The position numbers and the translations under genes are program-made. The notes beneath the pieces were generated by a model. The model worked only from the letters and a program-made list of their open reading frames with translations, was not told where the DNA came from and ran no database searches. This document shows positions 1 through 10,276 of a DNA stretch of 32,000 nt, one piece after another (position 1 is the stretch's first letter; every line of letters starts with the position of its first letter). This DNA is from Bellilinea caldifistulae (lineage in GTDB: Bacteria; Chloroflexota; Anaerolineae; Anaerolineales; Anaerolineaceae). The stretch is from NCBI RefSeq assembly GCF_001306055.1, contig NZ_LGHJ01000011.1:150001-182000 (forward strand). The letters run 5' to 3'.

Positions 1-82
1 TAGAAAGCACAACCGAGTGATGGGTCGAATCAATTCCCACAAAACGTTGTCCGCCTATCCATTGCACCGATGCAGATGCCAT
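1..82 (-). CDS. 5' end of a CDS running off the window (MASASVQWIGGQRFVGIDSTHHSVVLS...), possibly OsmC/Ohr-like
   Basis: ATG at 82..80 is preceded by GGAGGA (96..91) with an 8-nt spacer, and the frame stays open to the window edge. Only 27 aa are visible, so the family guess is weak. Confidence 0.45.
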   Translation of the reverse strand, partial: MASASVQWIGGQRFVGIDSTHHSVVLS

Positions 83-109
83 TGAAAAACTCCTCCATCC
101 GTTCTGAAA

Positions 110-604
110 TTACTTTTCGAACAAAGCCGCCCAGCCTTCGCGGATGCGGCGGAAACTATCTTCCAACGCCTCCGGCAGAACGCGCGTGCCGGCTAAGGTG
201 GACATGAAATTGGTATCTCCTGCCCAGCGCGGCACAATGTGAAAGTGAAAATGCTCGGCAATGCCTGCCCCAGCCACGCTGCCGATGTTCGCCCCCACAT
301 TGAATCCTTCCGGCTTATAGACATTTTGCAGCACCAGCAGACCACGGTTAAGCAACTCGATGATCTCCGATCGGGTTGCCTCATCCAGTTGGGACAGACT
401 GGGTTGATGATCGTACGGCACAACCATGATATGCCCGCTGGTGTAGGGAAAGCGATTGAGAATCACGTAGGCGCGTTCACCTCGCGCAATGATCAGGTTT
501 TCGTGTCCGTCTTCCTGATGCGGCGCCGCGCAGAAAACACACTGGCTGCTTTTTTCATTGCCCTGAATGTATTTCATTCGCCACGGTGACCAGAGGTGAT
601 CCAT
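110..604 (-). CDS. HIT (histidine triad) family nucleotide hydrolase/transferase, Ap4A-phosphorylase-like
   Basis: 164-aa ORF with the histidine triad HFHFHIVPRW near the C-terminus and an N-terminal WSPWRMKYI motif typical of this HIT branch. Confidence 0.85.
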   Translation of the reverse strand: MDHLWSPWRMKYIQGNEKSSQCVFCAAPHQEDGHENLIIARGERAYVILNRFPYTSGHIMVVPYDHQPSLSQLDEATRSEIIELLNRGLLVLQNVYKPEGFNVGANIGSVAGAGIAEHFHFHIVPRWAGDTNFMSTLAGTRVLPEALEDSFRRIREGWAALFEK

Positions 605-648
605 GCGCCGATTGTATCACAGCCAGCGGGAAGATTTCCAGTTGTTTT

Positions 649-1479
649 TTACTCTTCGTCAGTTTGAACCGGGTCTTTTTTGGGTAATTTAATCCACAAA
701 GCCGGATTTTCCAACGCGGCGTGCAAATCGTCCAAAAAACCCGTCAGCCGTGCGGCAAGCAGGTCGGGCCGCTCCAATGGGAGCAGATGGCCGCCATCTG
801 CAATCACATCCAGCCGGGCCATTGGCAGCTGATCGGCCAGGAAGCGCGAGCGTGAAGGGGGTGTCAGGCGGTCGTGGCGCCCACAGGCAATATAAGCCGG
901 GGATTGAATCTGGTTGAGCCGCTGCCGAATGTCAAAACGGGCACAGGCCAGCCAGTCGCCGTAAAGCACACTGCTGCGTACCTTGTGCAAACTGCTCGAA
1001 ATGCGGGCAGCCAGTTCAGGGCTGGTGGTGCTGGTAATCAGCCGCTCCCGAATTAAGCGGATGCCAAGCGGCGCCGAGGCAGGACTACTCAGGTAATCCA
1101 CCAGTCCAGATGGCACATCGAAGCTAGCCGCCGCCGAGAACAGCCCCACGCCGGCCACGTGCTGTGGAAATTCCAACGCCAGATACAAAGCAATCGCAGC
1201 CCCCATGGAATGTCCGACAAAAACCGCCTGAAAGCGCCCCAAATCCGCCAGGAATTCCAGCAGCACTTCGGCGTATTCTTCAACCGATTGACAACCCGGC
1301 AATGTAGAACGCCCATGCCCCGGCAGATCAATTGCGTAGACCGTGTAACCAGTCAGCCGCCGAAATTGGGCTGGCCAGTCCAAATGGCTGCCGCCTGCCC
1401 CGTGAATCAGGATGACGGCTTTTTGATCACTTTTGCCCCCCTCATGCAGCGAATAGGCAATTCCGGCTGTCAAGGGCAT
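649..1479 (-). CDS. alpha/beta-fold hydrolase
   Basis: 276 aa with an HGAGGS oxyanion-hole region, a GHSMG nucleophile elbow and a C-terminal GGHLLPLE catalytic His region. Confidence 0.85.
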   Translation of the reverse strand: MPLTAGIAYSLHEGGKSDQKAVILIHGAGGSHLDWPAQFRRLTGYTVYAIDLPGHGRSTLPGCQSVEEYAEVLLEFLADLGRFQAVFVGHSMGAAIALYLALEFPQHVAGVGLFSAAASFDVPSGLVDYLSSPASAPLGIRLIRERLITSTTSPELAARISSSLHKVRSSVLYGDWLACARFDIRQRLNQIQSPAYIACGRHDRLTPPSRSRFLADQLPMARLDVIADGGHLLPLERPDLLAARLTGFLDDLHAALENPALWIKLPKKDPVQTDEE

Positions 1480-1502
1480 GTGAATTTTCCTGTGCGGCGT
1501 GA

Positions 1503-3287
1503 TTAATTGGCTTGAGGGACTTTCGCCACTCCGCGTTGCAAGCGGTCTACTGCGGCTTCGTCCAGCGGAATGATGGCTTGAACGCGAGTGCCTTTACCCG
1601 GAGCCGAGTGGACGCGCAAGACGGCGTTAATCATTTCAGCCCGCTCGCGCAGGTTAATCATACCCAAACTTCCCCGTTTTTCATAGGAATTGAGCACACC
1701 ATTTACATCAAATCCCTTACCATTGTCGGCAATTTCCAGAAAGACCATCCCCTCATCATCGGGCAAGCGTTTTAACCGCACCCGAATCAGGCTTGCCTGA
1801 GCGTGTTTACGGGCGTTGTTGATGGCTTCTTCTACAAGATAGAACACTGCGCTTTGCCGGTTCAGATCCAATGCATCCACAGCCTGCGGCTCAATTTCCA
1901 ATGCCACATTTTGCTGGTAGACTTCTTTCATCTTGCCGGCCATTTGTTCCAATGCGGCGTTCAATCCGTCGCTTTCCAGTGCCAGCGGCCGCAGGGTAAA
2001 CAGCATATGACGCAGTTCCTGAGTTGCGCGTAGAGCAAGTTCCTCAATCCGTTGCAGCTCTTGCGGTAATTCTTCTGGTTTGCGTTGCAGCATTTTTGCC
2101 GCAATTTGCGCCCGGGTTACAATTGCCGCAACCAGTTGAGTCGGTCCATCGTGCAGGTCTCGCGCCAGTTTCTTGCGGGTTTCTTCCTGTGCGCTGAGAA
2201 TTCGATTTTTTTCCTCTTCGATCTCCTCGAACAGGCGAGCGTTCTGAATGGCAATCACCACCTGATGACCAATCATTTCGAGCAGATCGCAGCGTTCGCT
2301 GGTAAAAAATTCAGCCTGCGGATGGGCAAACACCATCACCCCATAAATCTGCATTCCGCGCATCAGCGGCAGCACCAGTGCCGCCTGACAGGTCTGTAAC
2401 GCCAGCAGGCGTTTCAGCTCCGGGTCGGCAGCCGGGTTAGAGATCAACTGTGGTTGGCCGCTTTTCAGGGCGCGCGCCAGCCCGCCCTCTTTGGCGTAAA
2501 ACACCACCCGCCGGTCAGCCGGTGAAAGCCCGCGTGCTTCGCCGATCCCCATTTGATCGCCCTCAAAGTGCAGCACAGCGCTGATCAGGCGAGTGGTCTC
2601 GCTTTCTTCACCCAGCGCGCTCTGGGTGAGGTTCAGTGCAGTATCCAACACCACCTGATAATTCAGAGTAGCGCTGAGCGTTTCCACCATCGAGTAAAAA
2701 ATTTCCAGCCGCTTGCGTTCTTTGATCTGAGCCTTGCGTTCGGTTTCTTCGCGCAACGCCAGCAGGCTACGGTAACGCTGGCGCAGCAAACGCATCACCC
2801 GCCGGCTGAGCAGCCCCAGCACCAGCATGGCCGTCAGGTGAATTGCCAGCAAAAGGCTGGCCGGCAGCAAATAAGCCGGGAGACTTTCCGTGCCGATCAT
2901 CCGCAGAGTAACCCCGCCCTCCAGCAGGGTCACCAGCAGGGTGCTGAACAACGCCCCGCGCCATTCATAATACAGCGCCCCGCTAAGGATCGCCAACACC
3001 CCCGCCCATGAAAGGGGTCCTCCCAACCCGCCGCTGGTGTAGAAAAACGCCGCACCGATCAGCACATCGAATACCACGCCGATCAACCGGTGAGCCGGCA
3101 GACGGGTGTTGGCAACTGCCAGAATGGAAAAAATCAAGTTGAGGCCGGCGGTTGCCGCAATCGCCCCCAAAAATAGAACGGAAGGCACCCCGGCAAGCGC
3201 CTGGATTGTTATGAAAACAACCAGCACTAACCAGCGCAGCGCCAGTATCAGCAAATCGGGCAAATAGGGGAATTCTGCTCTGCGCAT
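1503..3287 (-). CDS. membrane sensor histidine kinase (multi-TM N-terminus, GAF domain, HisKA_3, HATPase_c; NarL/LuxR-partner class)
   Basis: 594 aa with a hydrophobic N-terminal third. It has the H-box DLHDGPTQ, N-box EEAINNARKHA, G1 box DNGKGF and G2 box GSLGMINLRERA. No response regulator is adjacent. Confidence 0.9.
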   Translation of the reverse strand: MRRAEFPYLPDLLILALRWLVLVVFITIQALAGVPSVLFLGAIAATAGLNLIFSILAVANTRLPAHRLIGVVFDVLIGAAFFYTSGGLGGPLSWAGVLAILSGALYYEWRGALFSTLLVTLLEGGVTLRMIGTESLPAYLLPASLLLAIHLTAMLVLGLLSRRVMRLLRQRYRSLLALREETERKAQIKERKRLEIFYSMVETLSATLNYQVVLDTALNLTQSALGEESETTRLISAVLHFEGDQMGIGEARGLSPADRRVVFYAKEGGLARALKSGQPQLISNPAADPELKRLLALQTCQAALVLPLMRGMQIYGVMVFAHPQAEFFTSERCDLLEMIGHQVVIAIQNARLFEEIEEEKNRILSAQEETRKKLARDLHDGPTQLVAAIVTRAQIAAKMLQRKPEELPQELQRIEELALRATQELRHMLFTLRPLALESDGLNAALEQMAGKMKEVYQQNVALEIEPQAVDALDLNRQSAVFYLVEEAINNARKHAQASLIRVRLKRLPDDEGMVFLEIADNGKGFDVNGVLNSYEKRGSLGMINLRERAEMINAVLRVHSAPGKGTRVQAIIPLDEAAVDRLQRGVAKVPQAN

Positions 3288-3384
3288 ACCATTAAATCAT
3301 AACCGATTTGTAACCAAAAATAGACTTATAAAATTGCAAGGTGAAGCCAGACTTTTTTTTCTGGCTTTATGACATTTCCTTTTT

Positions 3385-3560
3385 AATGTCATTCCGAGCG
3401 AAGCAACACTTTGCAGTGCAGGTGGGAATCCCCGCCCTTGCCCCCTACAGCCTTGCGGGAGATTGCCACGCCGCCTGACGGTGGCGTGGCAATGACATAA
3501 ACCAGTTTACGTCATTCCGAACGTAGTGAAGAGTCTCCGCCCATCTGCCGCTGACGGGGA
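3385..3560 (-). repeat. About 1.6 units of a hairpin-forming repeat family, the same family as 25470..25838, in forward orientation on the minus strand
   Basis: The minus-strand sequence aligns by eye with the 105-nt unit at 25556. Example: GGAGACTCTTCACTACGTTCGGAATGACGTAAACTGGTTTATGTCATTGCCACGCCACCGTCAGGCGGCGTGGCAATCTCC here versus GGAGACCCCTCACTCCGTTCGGGGTGACATTAGCTGGTTTACGTCACCGCGAGCCGCCGTCAGGCGGCGTGGCGGTCTCC there. It overlaps the last codons of pheA. Confidence 0.8.
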
Positions 3561-4366
3561 TACGACCCCAACACCCGTAAAAAGGTAGCAAACTCACCCA
3601 GATTGCGCAAGGCGTTTTGAACCCGCTCTTCGCCGATGGAACCCGCCAGATCAATGTAGAAGAAGTACTCCCACGGCTTGCCCACCAGCGGACGCGATTC
3701 GATCTTGGTCAGGTCAATTTCGCGCAGGGCAAACACACTCAACGCCTTGAACAGAGCCCCCGGTTGATTTTTGAGGCTGAACACAATCGAGGTCTTGGCA
3801 TCCCCACCCGCTTCAACTGGCTGACAGGCAATCAGCAAAAAGCGGGTGAAATTGAGCGGGTTGTCCTCCAGCCCTTCCACCAGCACCTGCATCCCGTACA
3901 ACTCGGCTGCCCGGCGCGCGGCAATCGCCGCCAGATCGCGCTCACCGCGCTGGCGCACCAGATGCACCGCCCCGGCCGTATCATGCACCGCCTCGCTTTT
4001 CAGCCCCAATCGGCGCAGGTTTTCGCTGCACTGCGCCAGCGCCTGCGGGTGGCTGATCACCCGCCGTACCTCCTCCAGCCGTACCCCCGGCAGGGCAATC
4101 AGGCAGTGGGCAATCCGCAGGTGATGCTCGCCCACCACATGCAAATTGTGCTGGAGCAGCAGGTCGTAGTTACGATGGATGCTACCCGCCAGAGAATTTT
4201 CAATCGGAATGAAACCCAGCGCCGCCTGTCCGCTCTGAACCGCCTCGAACACCTGCTCGAACGATTCGCACGGCAGGCTGACCGCGTCGCTGCCCAAACG
4301 GTCAAAGATGGCTGCTTCGGAATAGGCGCCGGGTTCACCCTGAAAGGCAACCCGCAAACCGCTCAT
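3512..4366 (-). CDS. pheA: prephenate dehydratase
   Basis: 284 aa with the PDT domain plus ACT domain, including TRF and ESRP motifs. Its start overlaps the ilvE stop (ATGA). The last ~14 aa ([14 protein letters not shown]) are encoded by repeat-derived sequence. Confidence 0.92.
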   Translation of the reverse strand: MSGLRVAFQGEPGAYSEAAIFDRLGSDAVSLPCESFEQVFEAVQSGQAALGFIPIENSLAGSIHRNYDLLLQHNLHVVGEHHLRIAHCLIALPGVRLEEVRRVISHPQALAQCSENLRRLGLKSEAVHDTAGAVHLVRQRGERDLAAIAARRAAELYGMQVLVEGLEDNPLNFTRFLLIACQPVEAGGDAKTSIVFSLKNQPGALFKALSVFALREIDLTKIESRPLVGKPWEYFFYIDLAGSIGEERVQNALRNLGEFATFLRVLGSYPRQRQMGGDSSLRSE

Positions 4367-5286
4367 GGATTGACCAGATCCAGCCAGTGCTGATAGCGTT
4401 CATCCTCACCGCGCACCACCGCGTGAAAAGCCTGCATCAAGCGGTAGGTCACCGGGCCGCGCCGCCCGCTGCCGATCACACGGTGATCAATCTCGGTTAC
4501 CGGCACAATTTCGGCAGCCGTGCCGCTCACAAAACACTCCTCCGCCACGTACAGGTGATCGCGGCTGATCTGGGCTTCCTGCACCTCGTAGCCCAAATCG
4601 CGCGCCAGGGTGATGATGGCATCGCGGGTAATGCCCTCCAGCACCGCCCAGGTACCGGGTGTGTAAATCACCCCGCGCCGAACGATGAACAGGTTTTCGC
4701 CGGTGCATTCAGCCACATAGCCCTGCGGGTCAAGCATGATGGCTTCATCAAAGCCCAGCCGTGCCGATTCGGTTTTAGCCAGCACGCTGTTGGCGTAATT
4801 GCCGGTGATTTTTGCCTTGGTCATCATGATATTTGGATGCAGGCGGGTAAAGGACGAGATGTTCATGCGGGCGCCTTTTTCCAGCGCCTCATCGCCCAGA
4901 TAAGCCCCCCAGTACCACGCGGAAATCCCCACCCGCGCCCAGCCGACATCCAGATTGAGGTTCTTCACCTGACTGTCGAAGAAAATCAACGGGCGAATGT
5001 AGCAGGATTCAAAGCCGTTGGCCCGCACCACCTCGCGGCAGGCTTCTTCAAGTTGCTCCTGGGTAAACGGCAGCGAGCGAAACCCCAGAATCTTGGCCGA
5101 TTCCAACAGCCGTTGAATGTGATCCTTCAGCCGGAAGATCGCCGGCCCGCGCGGTGTGGCATAACAGCGGATGCCCTCAAAAACGCCCAAACCGTAATGC
5201 AAAGCCGAGGTCATAAACGGCACCATCGCCTGCTCGTTTTTGACCAGTTGGCCGTCCAGCCAGGTATAACCTTCGTTTTCCGTCAT
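4363..5286 (-). CDS. ilvE: branched-chain amino acid aminotransferase (class IV)
   Basis: 307 aa with the typical class IV aminotransferase sequence (FEGIRCY, GENLF, EGITR motifs). It lies within the ilv/leu operon. Confidence 0.92.
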   Translation of the reverse strand: MTENEGYTWLDGQLVKNEQAMVPFMTSALHYGLGVFEGIRCYATPRGPAIFRLKDHIQRLLESAKILGFRSLPFTQEQLEEACREVVRANGFESCYIRPLIFFDSQVKNLNLDVGWARVGISAWYWGAYLGDEALEKGARMNISSFTRLHPNIMMTKAKITGNYANSVLAKTESARLGFDEAIMLDPQGYVAECTGENLFIVRRGVIYTPGTWAVLEGITRDAIITLARDLGYEVQEAQISRDHLYVAEECFVSGTAAEIVPVTEIDHRVIGSGRRGPVTYRLMQAFHAVVRGEDERYQHWLDLVNP

Positions 5287-5310
5287 GATGAATTCTCCTT
5301 TGATGAAAGA

Positions 5311-6387
5311 TTAGAATGAATCCTCCAAAGAAAGCCGATCCAGCACGGCATCGGTCATTGCCCGGGTGGAGAGGCTGCCGCCCAGATCGCGGGTTCGGCA
5401 GCCCTCCTGAAGGGCGCGCTCCACCGCCTGTTCCACCGCACGCGCCGCTTTTTCCTGCTTCAGGGCATAGCGCAACAGCAGGGCCGCGCTGAGAATCGCG
5501 CCGAGCGGGTTGGCAATTCCCTGCCCGGCAATATCCGGGGCCGATCCGTGAATCGGCTCGTACAAGCCGCCGCCCCTCCCGCCCAGCGATGCGGAAGGCA
5601 GCAAGCCCATCGAACCGGCCAGCACGGCGGCCTCATCCGTCAGAATGTCGCCAAACATGTTTTCGGTGACAATCACATCAAAGGCAGCCGGACTGGTCAC
5701 CAGCCGCATGGCGGCCGTATCCACCAGCACATGCTCGACCTGCACCTGCGGGTAGCGCCGGCTGACCTGTTGAACAATCTGCCGCCACAGGCGCGACGTT
5801 TCCAGCACATTGGCTTTGTCCACCGAGGCCAACCGCCCGCGCCGCCCGGCTGCCAGTTGAAAAGCCAGATCCACCACCCGCTCGATTTCGTAATCCCAGT
5901 ACACCAGCGAATCGACCGCCCCCTCACGCCCGTCCTGCCGCAGGCGGCCCTTCGGCTCACCGAAGTACAGCCCACCGGTCAACTCACGCACCACCAGCAA
6001 ATCCACTCCCTGCAACCTTTCGGGACGCAGCGGCGAGGCATCCACCAGAACAGGGTACACCCGCACCGGCCGCAAATTGGCAAACACGCCCAATCCCTTG
6101 CGGAGTGCCAGCAGCCCCTGTTCGGGACGGACGGGCGCAGTGGGATCATCCCATTTCGGCCCGCCAACTGCACCCAGCAGCACGGCATCCGCTTGCTGGC
6201 ACTCCGCCAGAGTGGCTTCGTCCAGCGCCGTCCCCAGCCGATCAATCGCACAGCCGCCGATCAGACGCTCTTTGTAGGTAATTTCAATCCCGGTTTGGGC
6301 TGCGGCAGCATCCAGCACCTGTCGGGCTGCATGAGTAACTTCGGGGCCAATCCCGTCGCCGGGTAATACAATGATGGTAAAGGTCAT
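5311..6387 (-). CDS. leuB: 3-isopropylmalate dehydrogenase
   Basis: Contains [13 protein letters not shown] and [10 protein letters not shown] motifs. I place the start at ATG 6387 (AAAGGA lies 12 nt upstream) rather than the TTG at 6408, which overlaps the cimA stop. Confidence 0.93.
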   Translation of the reverse strand: MTFTIIVLPGDGIGPEVTHAARQVLDAAAAQTGIEITYKERLIGGCAIDRLGTALDEATLAECQQADAVLLGAVGGPKWDDPTAPVRPEQGLLALRKGLGVFANLRPVRVYPVLVDASPLRPERLQGVDLLVVRELTGGLYFGEPKGRLRQDGREGAVDSLVYWDYEIERVVDLAFQLAAGRRGRLASVDKANVLETSRLWRQIVQQVSRRYPQVQVEHVLVDTAAMRLVTSPAAFDVIVTENMFGDILTDEAAVLAGSMGLLPSASLGGRGGGLYEPIHGSAPDIAGQGIANPLGAILSAALLLRYALKQEKAARAVEQAVERALQEGCRTRDLGGSLSTRAMTDAVLDRLSLEDSF

Positions 6388-6404
6388 GGCAAAGACAATT
6401 CCTT

Positions 6405-7991
6405 TCAATGAACCGCTTCGGGTTGCGGCTGGGCTTCGACGACCAGAACGCCGTACTCAATCGAATCAGTCAGCGCGCGCCACGAGGCTTCGATGATGTT
6501 GGTGCTGGCACCGACCGTCCCCCAGGCACGGTGGCCGTTGCGGGTTTCGATCAGCACGCGGGTGGTTGCACTGGTACCGTTGTTGCCGTCCAGAATGCGC
6601 ACCTTGTAGTCCGAAAGGTGAAAGCGGGCAATTTGCGGGTAGTAGGGCAGCAGCGCCTTGCGCAGGGCGGCATCCAGCGCCGCCACCGGCCCGTTGCCCT
6701 CCGCGGCGGTGTGGATTAACTCGCCACCAACCCGCACCTTGACGGTTGCCTCGGCAATCATCCCCCGCCCGGCGCGGTGTTCCACCTCAGCGGTGAAGTC
6801 CACCAGTTCAAACGGTGGCTGATAATCGGCTTTCTGGCGCAGCAGCATCAGCATGACCGAAGCATCGGCCGCCTCGAACGAAAAACCTTTGGCTTCCAGC
6901 GCCTTAACTTCTCGCAGTGCCTGATTGAGATTGACCTGATCGTCAATTTCAATCCCGTTTTCCTCGGCCTTGCTGAGCAGATTACCCCGTCCGGACAGTT
7001 CCGAAACGACCACCTGCGAGCGGTTGCCGACCAGAGCCGGGTCAATATGCTGGTAGGAACGCGGCGTGCGGCGCATAGCGGCCACATGAATGCCGCCCTT
7101 GTGGGCAAAGGCATCCCGTCCCACATAAGCAAGATGTTCATCCGGAGCCAGGTTGGCGATCTCGGCTACGTAGTGGGCAAGGTCGGTCAACTGAGCCAGA
7201 TGACCGGACGGCAGGCAGGTGTAGCCCATCTTCAATTCCAAATCGGGGATGACCGAACACAGATTGGCATTGCCGCAGCGTTCGCCGTAGCCGTTGATGG
7301 TGCCCTGCACCTGCACACATCCCTCCCGCACGGCTGCCAGCGAATTGGCCACCGCGCACTCGCCGTCGTTGTGGGTGTGGATACCCAGTCGGGCATGCGG
7401 AAAGCGCGCCCGTACCGCCCGAACAATCTCGCTCACCTCCCACGGCATGCTGCCGCCGTTGGTATCGCACAGCACCAGCGTCTCGGCTCCACCGCGCAGT
7501 GCCGCCGCCAGCGTTTGCAAGGCGTATTCGGCGTCCTCCTTGTAACCGTCAAAGAAGTGTTCGGCATCGTAAATCACCCGCCGGCCCTGCGCGGTCAAAT
7601 AGGCGAGTGATTCCTCGATGATGCGCAGGTTGTTTTGCGGGGTGGTGCGCAGTACTTCATGGACATGCAGCAGCGAGGATTTACCCACCACCGTGCAAAC
7701 CGGCGCTTTCGAGTCCAGCAAGGCACGAATGTTGTCATCCTCGGCAGGGGTCTTGTTGACCGCGCAGGTCGCCCCAAAGGCGGCAATGACGGCGTGCTTC
7801 CATTCCATCTCGGCAGCGCGGGCAAAAAACTCGGCATCCTTGGGGTTGGAGCCCGGCCAGCCGCCTTCGATGAAGTCCACCCCAAACTCATCCAGCCGTT
7901 TGGCAATTGCCAGTTTATCATTCAGCGAAAGGGAAATGTCAGTACGCTGGGTACCATCGCGCAGGGTAGTATCGTAGATTTCGATTTTCAT
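6405..7991 (-). CDS. cimA: (R)-citramalate synthase (long LeuA-like form)
   Basis: 528 aa with an [16 protein letters not shown]-terminus, an HTHNDGE metal site and a C-terminal LeuA-dimer-type regulatory domain. It is distinct from the 539-aa leuA in the same operon, and its length and N-terminus fit the CimA family. Confidence 0.8.
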   Translation of the reverse strand: MKIEIYDTTLRDGTQRTDISLSLNDKLAIAKRLDEFGVDFIEGGWPGSNPKDAEFFARAAEMEWKHAVIAAFGATCAVNKTPAEDDNIRALLDSKAPVCTVVGKSSLLHVHEVLRTTPQNNLRIIEESLAYLTAQGRRVIYDAEHFFDGYKEDAEYALQTLAAALRGGAETLVLCDTNGGSMPWEVSEIVRAVRARFPHARLGIHTHNDGECAVANSLAAVREGCVQVQGTINGYGERCGNANLCSVIPDLELKMGYTCLPSGHLAQLTDLAHYVAEIANLAPDEHLAYVGRDAFAHKGGIHVAAMRRTPRSYQHIDPALVGNRSQVVVSELSGRGNLLSKAEENGIEIDDQVNLNQALREVKALEAKGFSFEAADASVMLMLLRQKADYQPPFELVDFTAEVEHRAGRGMIAEATVKVRVGGELIHTAAEGNGPVAALDAALRKALLPYYPQIARFHLSDYKVRILDGNNGTSATTRVLIETRNGHRAWGTVGASTNIIEASWRALTDSIEYGVLVVEAQPQPEAVH

Positions 7992-8015
7992 TTTCTCACG
8001 CTCCTCCGGGAACCT

Positions 8016-8606
8016 CTAAAATTGGCGCTGCGCTTCGTAACGGGCAATTTCAGCCTCCAAACCGAGCAGGTAGCCCAGTTCATCCACGCCGTTCAGCAGA
8101 CAGGTTTTGCTAAACGGGTCAATCGGGAAGGTTGCCGTACTGCCGTCCGGCAGTTCCAGCGTCTGCGAGGCCAGATCAATCGTCAGCCTTTGAGCGGGGT
8201 CGCTGCCAAAAATCTGCATCAGCCGTTCGTGCACCTCTGGGGAGACCACCACCGGCAGCAACCCGTTTTTGAGGGCATTGTTGCGAAAGATATCCGCAAT
8301 GGTTGTGGAAATTACCGCCCGAATGCCCCAACCGAGCAATGCCCAGGCAGCGTGTTCGCGCGAGGAGCCGCTGCCAAAGTTATCGCCGGCCAGTAAAATC
8401 TGCGCCCCCTGACTTTGAGGCTGGTTGAGAACGAATTCCGGGTTGGGGCTGCCGTCCGGCAGGTAACGCCAGTCGGCAAACAAACTGGCGCCCAGCCCGT
8501 TTTTGTCGGTCGTTTTCAGAAAACGCGCCGGGATGATCTGGTCGGTATCCACGTTGCTGACCGGCAAGACCACCACGGTTGAAGTTAAGCGGGTAAAGGG
8601 CTGCAT
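8016..8606 (-). CDS. leuD: 3-isopropylmalate / citramalate isomerase small subunit
   Basis: 196 aa with the [13 protein letters not shown] motif. Confidence 0.93.
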   Translation of the reverse strand: MQPFTRLTSTVVVLPVSNVDTDQIIPARFLKTTDKNGLGASLFADWRYLPDGSPNPEFVLNQPQSQGAQILLAGDNFGSGSSREHAAWALLGWGIRAVISTTIADIFRNNALKNGLLPVVVSPEVHERLMQIFGSDPAQRLTIDLASQTLELPDGSTATFPIDPFSKTCLLNGVDELGYLLGLEAEIARYEAQRQF

Positions 8607-8618
8607 GGCTCTGGCTCC

Positions 8619-10049
8619 TCACGAAAGATAGGGGCGCGGATCGGTGACAACCCCGGTCAACGCCGAGGCAGCCGCCGTAAGCGGACTGGCCAGGAAAGTG
8701 CGCCCGCCCTTGCCCTGCCGCCCTTCAAAGTTGCGGTTGCTGGTGCTGATGGCGTACTGCCCCGGTTCGAGTTGATCGCCGTTCATCGCAATGCACATCG
8801 AACAGCCCGGTTCGCGCCATTCCGCTCCGGCTTCCAGAAAGACACGGTGCAGGCCTTCGGCTTCGGCCTGTTTTTTGACCTGCTGTGAGCCCGGCACCAC
8901 CAGCACCCGCAGCCCCGGCGCCACCTTGCGCCCGCGCAGCAGCGCAGCCGCCTGCCGCAGGTCGGCCAGCCGGCCGTTGGTGCAGGAGCCGATAAAGACG
9001 GCATCCAGTTTATGACCCAGCAGCGGCGCGCCCGGCTGCAACCCCATGTACGCCAGCGATTTTTCCAGCGCAGCCCGCTGAGCGGCATCGTTGATCTCCT
9101 GCGGAGAGGGGATGTGTCCGCTGATCGGGATTCCCATGCCGGGATTGGTGCCGTAGGTGACCATCGGTTCCAGCCGGCTGGCATCCAGATAAACGGTGTG
9201 GTCGAAGGCAGCGCCCTCATCGCTGGGCAGGGTGCGCCAGCGGGCAACGGCACGTTCCCACGCCTCACCTTGCGGCGCATACGGCCGCCCGGCCAGAAAT
9301 TCAAAGGTCGTGTCGTCGGGAGCAATCATGCCAGCCCGCGCCCCGCCTTCGATGGACATGTTGCAGATGGTCATGCGTTCTTCCATGCTCATGGAACGGA
9401 TGGCTTCGCCCATGTACTCAAACACATAGCCGGTGCCGCCAGCCACCCCAATCTGGGCGATCAGCGCGAGGATGACATCCTTGGCGGTAACGCCCGGCTT
9501 CAATCGCCCCTCGATGCGCACCGCGCAGGTCTTGGGCTTGCGCTGCAACAGGCATTGAGTGGCCAGCACATGCTCCACCTCGCTGGTGCCGATCCCAAAT
9601 GCCAGCGCACCAAACGCGCCGTGGGTGGCAGTGTGGCTGTCACCGCAGACAATCGTCATGCCCGGCTGAGTCAGCCCCAGTTCCGGGCCGATCACATGCA
9701 CAATACCCTGATTCGGGCTGCCCAGTCCCATCAGCGGAATGCCGAACTCGCGGCAGTTTTTTTCCATTTGCATGATCTGGCGGCGGCTGAGCTCATCGGC
9801 AAACGCCAGCCGGCCATCCCCGTTGCCGTTGGGCTTGCTGAGGGTGGGGATGCCGTGATCGAGCGTGCCGACCGTCCGCTCCGGGCGGCGGACACGCAAA
9901 CCCCGCGCCCGCAGACCGCTGAACGCCTGCGGCGAGGTGACTTCATGCACCAGATGCAGGTCTATGTACAGAACAGCCGGCGAATCCGGCGGTTGGGTAA
10001 CGACATGACTTTCCCAGATTTTTTCAAACAACGTTTTTGGGCGGCTCAT
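8619..10049 (-). CDS. leuC: 3-isopropylmalate / citramalate isomerase large subunit
   Basis: Aconitase-family motifs GDSHT, GSCTNGR and GCSMCIAMN. The start is ATG 10049, with an alternative GTG at 10055. Confidence 0.93.
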   Translation of the reverse strand: MSRPKTLFEKIWESHVVTQPPDSPAVLYIDLHLVHEVTSPQAFSGLRARGLRVRRPERTVGTLDHGIPTLSKPNGNGDGRLAFADELSRRQIMQMEKNCREFGIPLMGLGSPNQGIVHVIGPELGLTQPGMTIVCGDSHTATHGAFGALAFGIGTSEVEHVLATQCLLQRKPKTCAVRIEGRLKPGVTAKDVILALIAQIGVAGGTGYVFEYMGEAIRSMSMEERMTICNMSIEGGARAGMIAPDDTTFEFLAGRPYAPQGEAWERAVARWRTLPSDEGAAFDHTVYLDASRLEPMVTYGTNPGMGIPISGHIPSPQEINDAAQRAALEKSLAYMGLQPGAPLLGHKLDAVFIGSCTNGRLADLRQAAALLRGRKVAPGLRVLVVPGSQQVKKQAEAEGLHRVFLEAGAEWREPGCSMCIAMNGDQLEPGQYAISTSNRNFEGRQGKGGRTFLASPLTAAASALTGVVTDPRPYLS

Positions 10050-10233
10050 ACTCACTCACCGATTGACGAAGATGTTGTTCATAGGCGGTGCCGTTCATTT
10101 CGGCAGCCGGGCGGTGGGGATGACTCTTCATCAAAAAGTCGGTCATATCCCATCCGGCGGGGATGGTATTGGGGCGCACAAAGGCTTGCGCCGGATCATC
10201 TGGTTCAAAGTAAGCGGAAAAAATGGGGTTCAT
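10024..10233 (-). CDS. small conserved-looking ORF of unknown function (69 aa) between leuA and leuC
   Basis: A strong SD (AGAGGAGA) lies 7 nt before ATG 10233. The ORF fills the only sizeable gap in the operon, and its stop overlaps the leuC start by ~26 nt, a translational-coupling geometry. I recognise no family. Confidence 0.5.
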   Translation of the reverse strand: MNPIFSAYFEPDDPAQAFVRPNTIPAGWDMTDFLMKSHPHRPAAEMNGTAYEQHLRQSVSEYEPPKNVV

Positions 10234-10276
10234 GATTCAGTCTCCTCTCTGGCGAATGATTGAAAAAAAGGACCGA

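Noticed and set aside
22-31. GGGTCGAATC resembling a tRNA T-arm.
   Set aside because: No acceptor-stem or anticodon-arm complementarity surrounds it, and it lies inside the open reading frame that starts at 82 on the minus strand.
3344-3367. Hairpin AAGCCAGA-CTTTTTTT-TCTGGCTT as the terminator of the pheA operon.
   Set aside because: The T-run is in the loop rather than after the stem, and on the minus strand (the transcribed sense for pheA) no U-tract follows. It may still contribute to 3' end formation but is not a canonical intrinsic terminator.
4387-5319. Long antisense ORFs opposite recognised genes: 3617..4393, 4387..5319, 5548..6366, 6777..7610, 7635..8396, 9012..10235, 10787..11575, 12211..12792, 13630..15282, 17661..18404, 18884..19822, 20103..21023, 21327..22163, 22731..23447, 24641..25312, 26496..27179 and 27334..27936.
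   Set aside because: Each lies fully opposite a gene with clear family motifs and a good SD. Their translations are Arg/Gly/His/Gln-rich and low in complexity, as expected for shadow frames in GC-rich DNA. None has a convincing RBS.
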